Part shown: piece after piece, positions 27,695 through 37,961 of the stretch
How the letters are laid out: every line of letters starts with the position of its first letter
How positions within the stretch are numbered: position 1 is the stretch's first letter
Origin: a virus
Taxonomy: Duplodnaviria > Caudoviricetes
IMG/VR virus record: IMGVR_UViG_3300032289_001255
Location: 17,432 to 81,431 of that record
Direction: 5' to 3' (one strand)
Length of the DNA: 64,000 nt
Translations under genes and position numbers: made by a program
The notes under the pieces: generated by a model
Database searches by the model: none
What the model saw: only the letters and a program-made list of their open reading frames with translations
What the model was told of the DNA's origin: nothing

Positions 27695-29122
27695 TTAACA
27701 TTGTGATTTTAAATTAAGTATTATGTAAAATATATAATTGTAATATTTTACATAATTTTCTTCGGGGATTCCAAAATTCCATCGTTCACAGTATATGTAT
27801 CTATTGAACGATATAATCTTAAATTTTTCATTTGTTTTAAATTCATATGGAATGTTGTACTTTGAAAAAGATGAAAGTATATTTTCAACTGAGTGTTTTT
27901 TGTTAATAAGAATATTAAGACCCAATGACATATCTTCTTTTTCAAAAAAGTTTACAACTATATCTGAATTATCTTTTTGTGGAGCTATATATTTTTTATA
28001 GTCGTTTTTTCTATCAGATATTTGTTTAATTACTTTCTCTTCTGTATATCCTCTTGTTTTCACATCTCTTTCTAATTTCCACTTTGTTTTTAGAGATTCA
28101 TCGGGATCCATATATATTGAGAAATTATATATATGACCAGCATCTCCATATAAACTGTGCAATCCACACACTATAATATTATCTGCATTTTCTATTTTTT
28201 CTGGTTGTTTAAATTTGCCTGTGTTATGATCATAATCCACTTGAAATATAGAATTACCTATTTTTAGATTAAAAACATCCTCTTGCATTTTAGATACGAA
28301 ATTTGCATCAGGATTCAAATGTGTATATGTTTTCCAGTTTTCACTGTGTCTTTCCCATTTATGGTATCTGTCACATTCTAATAAAATTGAATTTGAAAAG
28401 TATTTTTTAAGTAAATTTCCGAGTGTAGTTTTTCCAGAACCAGAGTCACCACATATAGCAAATACATTACACATAGATAATATTACTTCGTATTCTATAT
28501 CATCCTCTACGTAATCCAGTTTATTTTCGTTCAAATGGTAAAATAATACTGTTTCAGAGACAAAGCCATGTAACTTAACTAAATCGTTTAAATTTTTATA
28601 TAAATCAAAATATTTGTCCATTAACTCCGATGACCCATAGGCTATTATATCGCACAAATATGGGTCATTTATACTTTGTAGTTTGGTTTTATCTAAAACC
28701 GTATTTTTTGGTATATGGATTTTATCTAAATCGCAATCGAAATTTATGAGTTGAAGATTTACATCTGGTCTTATTTTGATTACAATGTCATATTTTCCGT
28801 GTAATTCTTCGTTTAATTTTTTAATAAAATTGAGTTTATAAAATTTAAACCATGTATTATACAAGCAATTTTCTTTTGAATTGTTCGAAAATATTAAATT
28901 ATTTTCTTCTAATATAACTTTTGGTGACAATTCGGATTCTATGGATTTTATAATATCAGACAAATCATTGGGATTTAAATACTTATCTTCTAAAGATTCA
29001 TTTTTTGTTATGTGGATATAAACGTCTGTTGATTTGAAATTGTCAATAATAAACTTTTTAATATTAGGTAGATTTAACTTAATAGTTCGTAAATATCCAG
29101 ATATTAATAAAGCGGCTTTCAT
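27695..29122 (-). CDS. Fusion: putative glycosyltransferase plus phosphoribulokinase/uridine-kinase-like P-loop kinase
   Basis: N-half KAALLISGYLR...YDIVIKIRPD; C-half GDSGSGKT, ECDRYH, LNPDAN, YDHNTG, VCGLHSLY, WKLERDVKTRG, YIAPQK..SD. Start at ATG 29122 (TAATG overlap). Confidence 0.8.
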   Translation of the reverse strand: MKAALLISGYLRTIKLNLPNIKKFIIDNFKSTDVYIHITKNESLEDKYLNPNDLSDIIKSIESELSPKVILEENNLIFSNNSKENCLYNTWFKFYKLNFIKKLNEELHGKYDIVIKIRPDVNLQLINFDCDLDKIHIPKNTVLDKTKLQSINDPYLCDIIAYGSSELMDKYFDLYKNLNDLVKLHGFVSETVLFYHLNENKLDYVEDDIEYEVILSMCNVFAICGDSGSGKTTLGNLLKKYFSNSILLECDRYHKWERHSENWKTYTHLNPDANFVSKMQEDVFNLKIGNSIFQVDYDHNTGKFKQPEKIENADNIIVCGLHSLYGDAGHIYNFSIYMDPDESLKTKWKLERDVKTRGYTEEKVIKQISDRKNDYKKYIAPQKDNSDIVVNFFEKEDMSLGLNILINKKHSVENILSSFSKYNIPYEFKTNEKFKIISFNRYIYCERWNFGIPEENYVKYYNYIFYIILNLKSQC

Positions 29123-30348
29123 TATATTATATTTTTTAATGTTTCTAAATTTAGACTCCAACTACAATTTAATCCATTATCTAATTTTTTACATTTTTCT
29201 TTTTTCAATAATATGGTTTTGTATGTTATACTCGCATTCCATCCTGTTATTTTTTCATCGGAGTATTTAACTAATACTTCGTCATTCAAAACTTCTTCTA
29301 TTTCTCCAACCACATTTTCTGATTGTACTCGCATAAATTGTTTAAACTCATTTGATTCCGTGTGTTTTGTGTCCAGAAAGTAATAAGTATTTACTTTGTT
29401 CAAGCTGTAAGTAAATCTATAATTTACATCCAAAAATGTGGGTGATACTAATGTTATCAATTTACACAGTGGTTTACTAAACAATACATTAACAATTCCA
29501 CCTCCAATTGCGCCTACAATTGATTCCGCATTATTAAACAACAATATTTTATCGACAGTGGATAATTTTTCTGTGAATACCTCTTCATATCCTTGTGATT
29601 TTAACAAATCAACCAGTTCATTTTCATTTTCACACTTTCTTCTGGTCGTATAATTTGTACCTATATTTGAAAAGTCGTTATGAATCCACGTTCTTCTTGA
29701 TATGTAAAATTTCTTTGGAAATTGTTTTTCGATCTTTAACTCTTTTACATTTTCTACAATTTCTTTATATAAATCGTAGATTTCTTCTCTAGGTTGTTGT
29801 TTCGGATCGGGTCCGTATGTATAAGTCGATGATATATAAACATGAGAATATACGGTGTCTTTATTTAATATAACTATATCCGATGAATCGATTTTCAATA
29901 TCTCAAGAAATTCGGTTACAAATTTATAAAATTTATCGCCGTGAGAATAATACATTAAAAGTTTAAGATTTTTAGTTATGATTTTTAATTTTTTATATGT
30001 AATCAGATATGGTAATGTGTCGTATATAAAGTGATAATAATTATCCGTATTATAAATGAAGTAAAAAACGGGATCGTTATACGTCTCAGATGTATTTCCC
30101 ACTTTATAATCTATTTTATCCGTACTATTAATGTTTCGTAAAGACATCGTTGACTCTTCAAGTGGTTGATAAAATGTATTATCTAATTTTGAATATAATA
30201 CTAAATTTGGATAATATAGAGATGATCCTGTAAAAACAACATCATTTAAAACATGAATATTAATTTCATCAAAATTATCAGATTTAGGAAATATTTCGAA
30301 TTTGTGATTGCCATTATCTGAAGTATTAAGATTTTTTATAGGTGTCAT
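29122..30348 (-). CDS. Glycosyltransferase family 61 (DUF563)-like
   Basis: NYYHFIYDTLP, FYISRR, RKCENE, EKLSTVDKILLFNNAESIVGAIGGGIVN. Confidence 0.8.
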   Translation of the reverse strand: MTPIKNLNTSDNGNHKFEIFPKSDNFDEINIHVLNDVVFTGSSLYYPNLVLYSKLDNTFYQPLEESTMSLRNINSTDKIDYKVGNTSETYNDPVFYFIYNTDNYYHFIYDTLPYLITYKKLKIITKNLKLLMYYSHGDKFYKFVTEFLEILKIDSSDIVILNKDTVYSHVYISSTYTYGPDPKQQPREEIYDLYKEIVENVKELKIEKQFPKKFYISRRTWIHNDFSNIGTNYTTRRKCENENELVDLLKSQGYEEVFTEKLSTVDKILLFNNAESIVGAIGGGIVNVLFSKPLCKLITLVSPTFLDVNYRFTYSLNKVNTYYFLDTKHTESNEFKQFMRVQSENVVGEIEEVLNDEVLVKYSDEKITGWNASITYKTILLKKEKCKKLDNGLNCSWSLNLETLKNII

Positions 30349-31235
30349 AGTATTTTGTTAAATATGTATTCCACTCTACTTTCGGATGTATGATGTTTTA
30401 TTATGTTTTGATAAGAATTTTCTATAATATCATACAATTTATTTTTGTTATTTAGATAGTAAACAAGCTTGTCTTTTAATTCGTCTGTTGAATCCCACGA
30501 AATATAATGTACTCCGTCTTCTAAATTTGGTAATATGATATTGTATTTTTGAGCAAACAAGCAAGATTTATTTGCCATTATTTGCCACATTCTGGCATTA
30601 CATTCTCCTCCTCCAAACGCATCGACACTAATAAATGATTTTTTAATCGTGGTAAAGTAATCACTAACATTCTCAGTTTTTATATTAAAATTAAGAGATT
30701 TGAGTTGATTGCATACTTCTACAGATTGTTTTCTTAGACCTGTTTCTAATTGACCATATGAACAAAATACGTCTATTTCTTTATTGTAAAAATTATTATT
30801 AAAATATGAATCTAATGTTGCAAATGGAAGTGGTATTATTCCTTGATCAACATGTTCTTTCAAACATTCTCTTTTAAAGTAATATCTTGATTTTGATTTA
30901 AAAGTTGGATCTAGTTGTTCATTTGTTTTTCCACGAAATCCTGTGTAGTTATACTCACTACCATCAATATAAATCGTTTTATTCCAGCCATTTACTTTAT
31001 CAATCAAATAAAACTTTGGTTCTTGAATTCCATTAAATTTAGATTTGCCCCAAATTGCAAATATATAATCGCAGTTTTTTGAGTGATAAATAAATGTATC
31101 ATCGCTTATTATATTATCTGCGCCGTTACCTTCATCTGTATAATAAATTTCATGTTTTGTTTTCTTTAATCCTTCTATTATAGATGTCGCTAAATAATCT
31201 TCTTTTTTACACGGATTTATTACTAATATTTTCAT
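30345..31235 (-). CDS. GT-B glycosyltransferase (CgeB-like)
   Basis: YIDGSE, YFKRE, SVDAFGGGECNARMWQ, GVHYISW; start at ATG 31235. Confidence 0.65.
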   Translation of the reverse strand: MKILVINPCKKEDYLATSIIEGLKKTKHEIYYTDEGNGADNIISDDTFIYHSKNCDYIFAIWGKSKFNGIQEPKFYLIDKVNGWNKTIYIDGSEYNYTGFRGKTNEQLDPTFKSKSRYYFKRECLKEHVDQGIIPLPFATLDSYFNNNFYNKEIDVFCSYGQLETGLRKQSVEVCNQLKSLNFNIKTENVSDYFTTIKKSFISVDAFGGGECNARMWQIMANKSCLFAQKYNIILPNLEDGVHYISWDSTDELKDKLVYYLNNKNKLYDIIENSYQNIIKHHTSESRVEYIFNKIL

Positions 31236-31918
31236 TTTTTTGACAGAAGTTTTTTTGTTTTTTTCCAACCCCTCTGTTTATTGTGATCTACCCAACAAAA
31301 ATTTACAATTTTACATATGGCGCCTTTTTCACAATTTTCTATAAATTGACCTTCTTGACCACCCCAAATGCCGTCTCCCTCATTGTATTTATTATTTTTA
31401 TTGAAGTAACAAAAATCATTAAACTTGTATTTGTGATAGTGTTCTTTTGTGAATCCAAACATAAATCCCCCTATGTTTTTTGTATATACGATTCCTTCTC
31501 TGGGACCGTGACTATATTGATTTTCAATAAAAACGCCGTTTGTTAGAGGACTATATATAGTGTTTACACTTTTAGGATCAGTATTAATATGATCGATAAA
31601 TTTGTTTACACTGTCATTGAATATAATATCATCATTAGTATTGATTATGATATTACACCCATCATTTACAGCATTATAAATGCCTTGATTCCAAGCTCCT
31701 GTAATTCCTTCTATTGACTGATCTTCGATTTTAAAATATTTAACATTTGAATACGTTAGTATGTTAGACGGATATTGACTTGCATTATCAATAACGTATA
31801 TTATTTTATCGCATATAATAACATCATTTATGGAATTTACTAATTTTTTTATAAATATATCTCCATTGGGTCTTAGTTCGTCAGACCAATGCATAGCTAC
31901 ACAAATTCCGATTTTCAT
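31232..31918 (-). CDS. GT2-like glycosyltransferase
   Basis: YVIDNAS, GAWNQGI, INTNDDIIF, WGGQE. Confidence 0.65.
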   Translation of the reverse strand: MKIGICVAMHWSDELRPNGDIFIKKLVNSINDVIICDKIIYVIDNASQYPSNILTYSNVKYFKIEDQSIEGITGAWNQGIYNAVNDGCNIIINTNDDIIFNDSVNKFIDHINTDPKSVNTIYSPLTNGVFIENQYSHGPREGIVYTKNIGGFMFGFTKEHYHKYKFNDFCYFNKNNKYNEGDGIWGGQEGQFIENCEKGAICKIVNFCWVDHNKQRGWKKTKKLLSKK

Positions 31919-32925
31919 TCAACTATGATGCCTTTCATATTTTTAAATAGATCGTAGTAATGTAGAGCCAATTTATTTAAATCGTACACTTCCATATATT
32001 TACGTCTCATATTTTCTACATAAAATGATTGTAAGTTATTAAAGTCTGAGAGAACATAATCTATCTTTTCGTTGAGATCGGAAAAATCATGTTTACATGG
32101 CACGTAGGTTTCGTGTGGTATATACAAGTTGGGAATAGTTTCCAAATGGGACATGTCCGGTTTTATTAATACAGATCCAAACATTGTAGCTTCTAAATCT
32201 CTCGGTGCTATTTCTCCAAAACCAAATGGAGCTAATGTGATTTTGGAATTTGACATTCTATTGTAATACTCGTTAAGAGGCAACCGAATGCCATTTTCTA
32301 ATTTAGCGACTTTAAATTTACCGGACAAATTGTTAAATACATTTTGTCGGAATTTATTATAATAGATTGCTTGATTTAGTCCATGTTCAAACACATCTTT
32401 ATGTGGATACATAAACATGGCGGATATATCAAAATATTTATTGCTGTTATAATTTAACCATTGAGGTTGTATTGTAGATAACCAATTAAATCCTGATAAC
32501 TTAATCTTATCTAAAAGATTTAAATTGGATATACTGTATCCACCACTTCCCCAGTATAAACGACCATTTGCATACTTGTTAAGATATTCATTTCTATTTT
32601 TATATAAGGTTGGTTTTAATAAATAAATTGCTTTTGACTGTTCAAGTACTTCATACGAACCCATCAGTGTGGCAGCATCTTGTCCATCAAATAGAAAATA
32701 CGGTTCTTTTACAGTTTCTAAAAATTTCAAACCAGATGATACTGATTCTGATAAAGATGTCTTTTTATTGACAAAACTTGCATGTCCTACAAAAGCAAAA
32801 TCTGCTGGGCCATCTGTTACAAATTCTATACCAATTTCATTGAATATATGTCTTGCAAATAAAAGTGGCCGAAATGTAGTTTCATTTCGATGTTTATAAA
32901 GTTCATATATTTTTATTTTTATCAT
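31915..32925 (-). CDS. GT-B glycosyltransferase (CgeB-like)
   Basis: SKITLAPFGFGEIAPRDLEA..GSVLIKP, ETYVPC. Confidence 0.65.
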   Translation of the reverse strand: MIKIKIYELYKHRNETTFRPLLFARHIFNEIGIEFVTDGPADFAFVGHASFVNKKTSLSESVSSGLKFLETVKEPYFLFDGQDAATLMGSYEVLEQSKAIYLLKPTLYKNRNEYLNKYANGRLYWGSGGYSISNLNLLDKIKLSGFNWLSTIQPQWLNYNSNKYFDISAMFMYPHKDVFEHGLNQAIYYNKFRQNVFNNLSGKFKVAKLENGIRLPLNEYYNRMSNSKITLAPFGFGEIAPRDLEATMFGSVLIKPDMSHLETIPNLYIPHETYVPCKHDFSDLNEKIDYVLSDFNNLQSFYVENMRRKYMEVYDLNKLALHYYDLFKNMKGIIVE

Positions 32926-32959
32926 TTAATTTATTGAAAGTTTATATAGCAAGAAGAGT

Positions 32960-33520
32960 TCATACTTCTATACAAATAAGTCCTTCGTAGTCAAACAATT
33001 GACGGGTAAAAGTAGACTCTGGTGGATGTCCAATATATTGCACCACTTTAATTTTTTCGTGTGTGATTAGATCATTAATTGCTTGTTTTATTTCTGGAAA
33101 TGCGCCGTAGTCGTCATAAATAAAGTACTTTTTGTCATTTGACTTAAAATTTAATGATCGAATTGTATCATTGATGACCGCATCATATGTGTGTTCGGCA
33201 TCAATCAAAAAAACGTCTCCATAGTCTAGTGGTAATATTGTATTATACACATCTTGTGCATAAAATCTAACATTTGGTCTATCACTATTAAACTTTTCCG
33301 CTAATTCTACGCTTTCTAAATTAAATCCTACTACTTCTTTAAAAAGATAACTTAAAATTTTTGTTGTATATCCAATATTGCTCCCAATCTCTAAACACGT
33401 TTTATTTTTAAATTCGTCTTTATCAAAAAATTCAAACAGTTCACGTTTAAATTTATGACTCGTTGTGGTTTTGTGTTGAAACTTATCTGGTATATTAACC
33501 AACAATTCTTCGATATTCAT
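32960..33520 (-). CDS. Class I SAM-dependent methyltransferase
   Basis: CLEIGSNIGYTT, FLIDAEHTY, IYDDYG. Confidence 0.8.
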   Translation of the reverse strand: MNIEELLVNIPDKFQHKTTTSHKFKRELFEFFDKDEFKNKTCLEIGSNIGYTTKILSYLFKEVVGFNLESVELAEKFNSDRPNVRFYAQDVYNTILPLDYGDVFLIDAEHTYDAVINDTIRSLNFKSNDKKYFIYDDYGAFPEIKQAINDLITHEKIKVVQYIGHPPESTFTRQLFDYEGLICIEV

Positions 33521-33526
33521 ATAATA

Positions 33527-34303
33527 TTAACTTAAATTTCCCAAAAACCCACGTTGACATTCTAATAAATAATGACTAATTCTTCGTACATTAGAAAGTC
33601 TATAACTTCTATTAGATATGTTCTTATCAACTAAGTATCGTGAAAAATTACGACATATGTTATTCCAGTTTGACAATGCTTTTAAATCGATTGGACTAGG
33701 TGATACAACTTGATTTTCACGTGTTAATGTAACGTTATTATAGTTTAAAAATGATTCTCTATCCAATAAAATTTCTTTTTTAAACACATTAAATGATCCC
33801 CTCGGAGTTAACGTATTTTCATAAAAACAATTTCCCACATGTAACCAATTATCATCTTTAATTGCTTTTACTTTATTGTTTTCTGAGAAAAAGTAAGATT
33901 CTACCGTGTTATTTACAATGTCAGATATTATATTTAAATTTGTTATATAGTTGTCATCGTGAAAGAAAAATAAATAATCAGGAATTTCATTGTGATCTGA
34001 AAAATATTGATTTATAAAATAAAAATCGCCGATTACATTTTGATATTCTTGATATTCTATATTCCAGTTTTTCAGATTTTGTTGAATAAGTCTCTGTGAA
34101 TATAATTTAAAATCTAATTCATTAACTTTATTGTTACGTATAAAATTCAATTTTTCATTATAAACCAAAGGAATTTCTGGATTTCTATGAGAAACTACGA
34201 ATTTTTTAATGTTACAATTTTCAGGACAATTTAACTGTGAAATTTGTTTATAAAATTCATAAGGAAAATGCCATCCACCAATTAGTATCAATATATTTTT
34301 CAT
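33527..34303 (-). CDS. Putative GT-A glycosyltransferase
   Basis: YLFFFHDDN, RGSFNVF; operon context. Confidence 0.45.
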   Translation of the reverse strand: MKNILILIGGWHFPYEFYKQISQLNCPENCNIKKFVVSHRNPEIPLVYNEKLNFIRNNKVNELDFKLYSQRLIQQNLKNWNIEYQEYQNVIGDFYFINQYFSDHNEIPDYLFFFHDDNYITNLNIISDIVNNTVESYFFSENNKVKAIKDDNWLHVGNCFYENTLTPRGSFNVFKKEILLDRESFLNYNNVTLTRENQVVSPSPIDLKALSNWNNICRNFSRYLVDKNISNRSYRLSNVRRISHYLLECQRGFLGNLS

Positions 34304-34563
34304 CTAACGTTATATCCTTTGTTTTCTTCTTGAGTAAACATTTTATTATAGTTTAAATTTGTCTGTCTCTGTTTTTCTATAGTCTTTTCGTGAATAATTG
34401 CATAATCTTTTTGCGGAGGTATAAAGACATAACTTTTGAAGCCTTCTACTTTTTCATGTAATCTTCTTTCGTACCTAATGTGTGGTAAATTACGATATAA
34501 TCTGGATTGATAATCGGGTACATTTATTAAAGGAGGATTGTATTTAATTTTAATGAGTGCCAT
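34300..34563 (-). CDS. C-terminal fragment of the split GT2 gene
   Basis: PDYQSRLYRN..IRYERRLHE...IIHEK..KQRQTNLNY is the C-terminal part of the GT2 whose N-half is at 35386-35901; its own ATG overlaps the HNH 3' end. Confidence 0.75.
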   Translation of the reverse strand: MALIKIKYNPPLINVPDYQSRLYRNLPHIRYERRLHEKVEGFKSYVFIPPQKDYAIIHEKTIEKQRQTNLNYNKMFTQEENKGYNVR

Positions 34564-35362
34564 AATATTTTTCCAATAAAAATTCTTTTGAGATTGAACT
34601 TTTTGTATTTTTAATACTATTTTGATTTGATGGTATAAATTCTAGATTATCTATAGATCCAACTATTTTTGGATCTATACCATCTTTAAAACCTTGCTTA
34701 ATACTCAATTTATGATCCAAACTATATGATCCTGATACTTCTATTCTAGCTCTTTTGTTATAATTTTCTAATTCTGTTAAATTATTTTGGTTAGTATAAT
34801 ACCAGACTAATTGCTTATATTGTTGCCATTCCGATTTTTTTGTTAATGGGGTAAAATATCCAAGATTCTCCATAGTTTTTCTCCACTGTTCTACAGATCT
34901 ATTTTCTGAAACTGATTTTGAAACTTTTTCCCTATATTCTTTGTTTTTCCAAAACAGTTCGGTGTGTTTGCCAATTATTTTCTTAGTGATTTCATCGTGT
35001 TTAAATCCAGTATGTTTTTTTGCATTATTATCTATAATATCATTTGTATATTTCGTCAATCCTTTGTTCCAAGGCGGATTGTTTTTTCTATATTCAATCA
35101 TTCGTTTTGAATGTAGTTCGCCCATTTTTTTTAAAGATGAATTGTTTTCTTTTGTTAAACCACGATTCCAACTTCCACATTTATTACATTTTCGTTTTTC
35201 TCTGAAACAACATCTCGCTGAGATCACATTTTTATGAATGATATTCACGGAACATTTCGGACATTTTCTAATCCACAAAATATTTCCGTTGTCATCTTTT
35301 GCTTCTATGATTGAAGAATAATCAATGGTTGTAGTGCCTTTAGGTCTCATATTATTATACAT
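34550..35362 (-). mobile_element. Free-standing HNH homing endonuclease (Zn finger plus NUMOD-like repeats)
   Basis: CPKC...CNKC, two (P/S)WN(K/R)GLTK repeats, NUMOD3-like HTGFKHDEITKKII, C-terminal YSLDHK...NLEFIP..QNSIK. Confidence 0.8.
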
Positions 35363-35385
35363 TCTTTATCAATGGAGAGTGTTTA

Positions 35386-35901
35386 TTAATATATATTAGA
35401 TTCTTCCAATATAAATCCATTAATTTTTAAAAATTTATATTCATTCGATTCGTTGTCTATTATTTTTTCATTTATTAAATCTTTAAATGTACTACATTGC
35501 CAACCCCACATATTGATGTCTTGTTGTGTCACCCCGTGGAAATAATTTAAACGTGGCAACCATAATACTTCATTGTTATTGTTCGATTCAATAATTAAAT
35601 CTATATTCTCTATCAATCCATCCGTGGGAATTTCATCTGCATCTAGTTGAAAGATCCATTCACCTTTACATAATTCTATACCATAGTTTTTATGTGCACC
35701 ATAATTTTTATCTAATTTATGTTGATAAAAATTTATCTTTTCTTTATATTTCTGTATAATTTCCAAAGTTTTTGGATTGTCTGAATAATCATCAAGAAGA
35801 ACGATCTCATGTTGTTCTTTTATGTTGGAAATTAATTTGTTTAATAGTTTTTCTAAACTATCTGTTTCATTATGACACGTTACTAGATAAGATAAAAACA
35901 T
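35386..35901 (-). CDS. N-terminal fragment of the split GT2 gene
   Basis: SYLVTCHNE, LLDDYSD, YGAHKNYG, WIFQLDADE, WLPRLN; stops before the catalytic C-half. Confidence 0.8.
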   Translation of the reverse strand: MFLSYLVTCHNETDSLEKLLNKLISNIKEQHEIVLLDDYSDNPKTLEIIQKYKEKINFYQHKLDKNYGAHKNYGIELCKGEWIFQLDADEIPTDGLIENIDLIIESNNNNEVLWLPRLNYFHGVTQQDINMWGWQCSTFKDLINEKIIDNESNEYKFLKINGFILEESNIY

Positions 35902-35902
35902 A

Positions 35903-37240
35903 TTAAGCTATCTTTAATTTTGGAAGTGTTAGTTTATTTTCCGTTGGGGTATTATTAATTGATTTTAATTTCGGTAATACAAACGCATTTTCAACTGCAA
36001 ATGTTGGAACATATTTATCCAAGATAGACCACAGTCTTGTATCCATTGCAGTCATACTGAATTTTTCCATGTTTTCTTTACGTAGAAGTTCAGCGTTTTT
36101 AGTAAATTTATCACTCTTTCGAGCAAAGTATATTTGTTTCATTCTATCTTCCGCTAGGGAATATGATACTTTGAACCATTTGCTTTCTTTAATAATCCAT
36201 TGATTTACTGACTTTTTATCTACATCAACAAGATTACCGGATAATAAATTAGCATATGTTGGATTTAGATAATCCAAGTGACCACTCCAATTAGGCGCCA
36301 ATAGTGGTTTACCACTTAGTGTTGATAGAAGAAGTGGATGTCCATATCCTTCACCGTGAGTAAATGAAACGTGAGCTATAATCTTTTCGTGATTCATCAA
36401 AGCATTCATTTCTGGTTCGGATAATTCTCCATGCAAAAGATACACATTTGGAGCATTTTCGCCGATTTCATCACGAACTTTCTTAATCCTAGATAGAATT
36501 TCAAATCGATCTACAGTTGAATATGAAGCTCCACCTGTTTTTACAATGAGACATGGACGGTCATTTAGAGACTGATTCTTAAATGATGTACAGAATGTCT
36601 TAATTAGATTTCCAATATCCTTACGATCATTATAAAGTCCGCCATGTGTCCACTGACCTATAAATAAGAATGCAGAAGTTTCTTTGATGCTTGATAAAGC
36701 AGTTTCAACGGATTCAAGTTTTTCATCCGTCTTTTTAAAGATGTTGGTATCTGCTCCCCAGAAACACACTTCGATTGGTTTTTCAACTTGAATTGGAATT
36801 TGTTGACCGTTTTCCAATTGTTTTGCTAACTTTGTCTCGGTAAATGTCTTTTTAACATGATTAGACAATCCGATAGTAAGATTCATTCTATTAACACCTT
36901 CGATCCAACTGCCTGGTGGAATAGTAGTTTCAATACCAGCGGTCATTCCAATATTGTATTTGCCAATTGGTTGGAATTCTTCTGGAATGGTTAGTTGAAT
37001 AAATACATCTGGTTGTTTATTTAAACCATTAGTGATTATTTTTGAAGCGACTATTTTATCTTCGGGATCAGTGAGATCTTCTAGAAAACGTTTACTTTGA
37101 CAATTTCCCCATCTAGTGGGTGCAATTTTAACATCATACTTATCATAACGAATGATGCTTTTTGCAACAGCTGTTGCCCAGTCGCCATATCCGCTGCGGT
37201 TAAATACTGGTCCTGAAATTAGACATAATGGTTTGCTCAT
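35903..37240 (-). CDS. GT4-like (GT-B) glycosyltransferase, phage paralog family
   Basis: SGYG, TAGIET, RKDIGNLIKTF, LLHG, FTHGEGYGHPLL. Confidence 0.85.
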   Translation of the reverse strand: MSKPLCLISGPVFNRSGYGDWATAVAKSIIRYDKYDVKIAPTRWGNCQSKRFLEDLTDPEDKIVASKIITNGLNKQPDVFIQLTIPEEFQPIGKYNIGMTAGIETTIPPGSWIEGVNRMNLTIGLSNHVKKTFTETKLAKQLENGQQIPIQVEKPIEVCFWGADTNIFKKTDEKLESVETALSSIKETSAFLFIGQWTHGGLYNDRKDIGNLIKTFCTSFKNQSLNDRPCLIVKTGGASYSTVDRFEILSRIKKVRDEIGENAPNVYLLHGELSEPEMNALMNHEKIIAHVSFTHGEGYGHPLLLSTLSGKPLLAPNWSGHLDYLNPTYANLLSGNLVDVDKKSVNQWIIKESKWFKVSYSLAEDRMKQIYFARKSDKFTKNAELLRKENMEKFSMTAMDTRLWSILDKYVPTFAVENAFVLPKLKSINNTPTENKLTLPKLKIA

Positions 37241-37241
37241 A

Positions 37242-37961
37242 TTATTGATTAAATTGTTTTGTATCTCTTTCGTTAACTAACTGACTATACTTTTTGTTTG
37301 GAGTAGGAATTCCACCTAAACTATTATAGAGTGCTTCCATTTTACTCATTTGAACTTGAGCTATTTCGGCTTTCTCTGTTTTTTTAACATCGGTACTACC
37401 AAATCCACCGTCGCCTCTGTCTGTAGAATCTAGTTCATTTACTAATACAAATTCTACGTCTTCAACTCTGGTTATTTTTAGTTGACAAACTTTATCCCCC
37501 TTTTTATAGAGTTTTTCAATATTTGGTTTTCCTACTATATAATTGTACAATGGAGATCCATCATTTGATAGATGGGGATATATACTATAATCTTCTGGTT
37601 GCCAAATATATTTAAATCGAAGCAATACCTCACCACGATAATCTGCATCGATTAATCCAATACAGTTAGCTAACACCAGATTATATTTACTAACACTACT
37701 ACGAGGAAATGCTAGAATATCATAATCAATATCAGTATAACCAAAGTTACTGAATTGACGATCTTTTTGAACTGCCAACTTAAGATTGGTCTTGTATTGA
37801 ATGTAGTCAATGCGTTTGTATGTACCATTCTCATACTGATCACCAACGATCTCTGGATCACTTGTAACAAGTACATCAAATCCAGTAGCTCTATCAGTAC
37901 CTTTCTTTGGTAGATTTTCTACATCTTGATAATCTTCGTTCTTTAATACTTGAATTTTCAT
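37242..37961 (-). CDS. dut: dUTP diphosphatase (trimeric dUTPase)
   Basis: ATGFDV, PRSS, GLIDADYRGE, RGDGGFGSTD. Confidence 0.92.
   Translation of the reverse strand: MKIQVLKNEDYQDVENLPKKGTDRATGFDVLVTSDPEIVGDQYENGTYKRIDYIQYKTNLKLAVQKDRQFSNFGYTDIDYDILAFPRSSVSKYNLVLANCIGLIDADYRGEVLLRFKYIWQPEDYSIYPHLSNDGSPLYNYIVGKPNIEKLYKKGDKVCQLKITRVEDVEFVLVNELDSTDRGDGGFGSTDVKKTEKAEIAQVQMSKMEALYNSLGGIPTPNKKYSQLVNERDTKQFNQ

Noticed and set aside
27695-28470. Calvin-cycle auxiliary gene (prk) for carbon fixation
   Set aside because: The domain is fused to a GT-like domain inside a glycan operon, and no RuBisCO or CP12 context is in the window
34300-35901. Group I intron carrying the HNH gene
   Set aside because: Only 23 nt upstream and a negative gap downstream of the HNH ORF, so there is no room for a catalytic core unless it lies entirely within coding sequence; none was recognised
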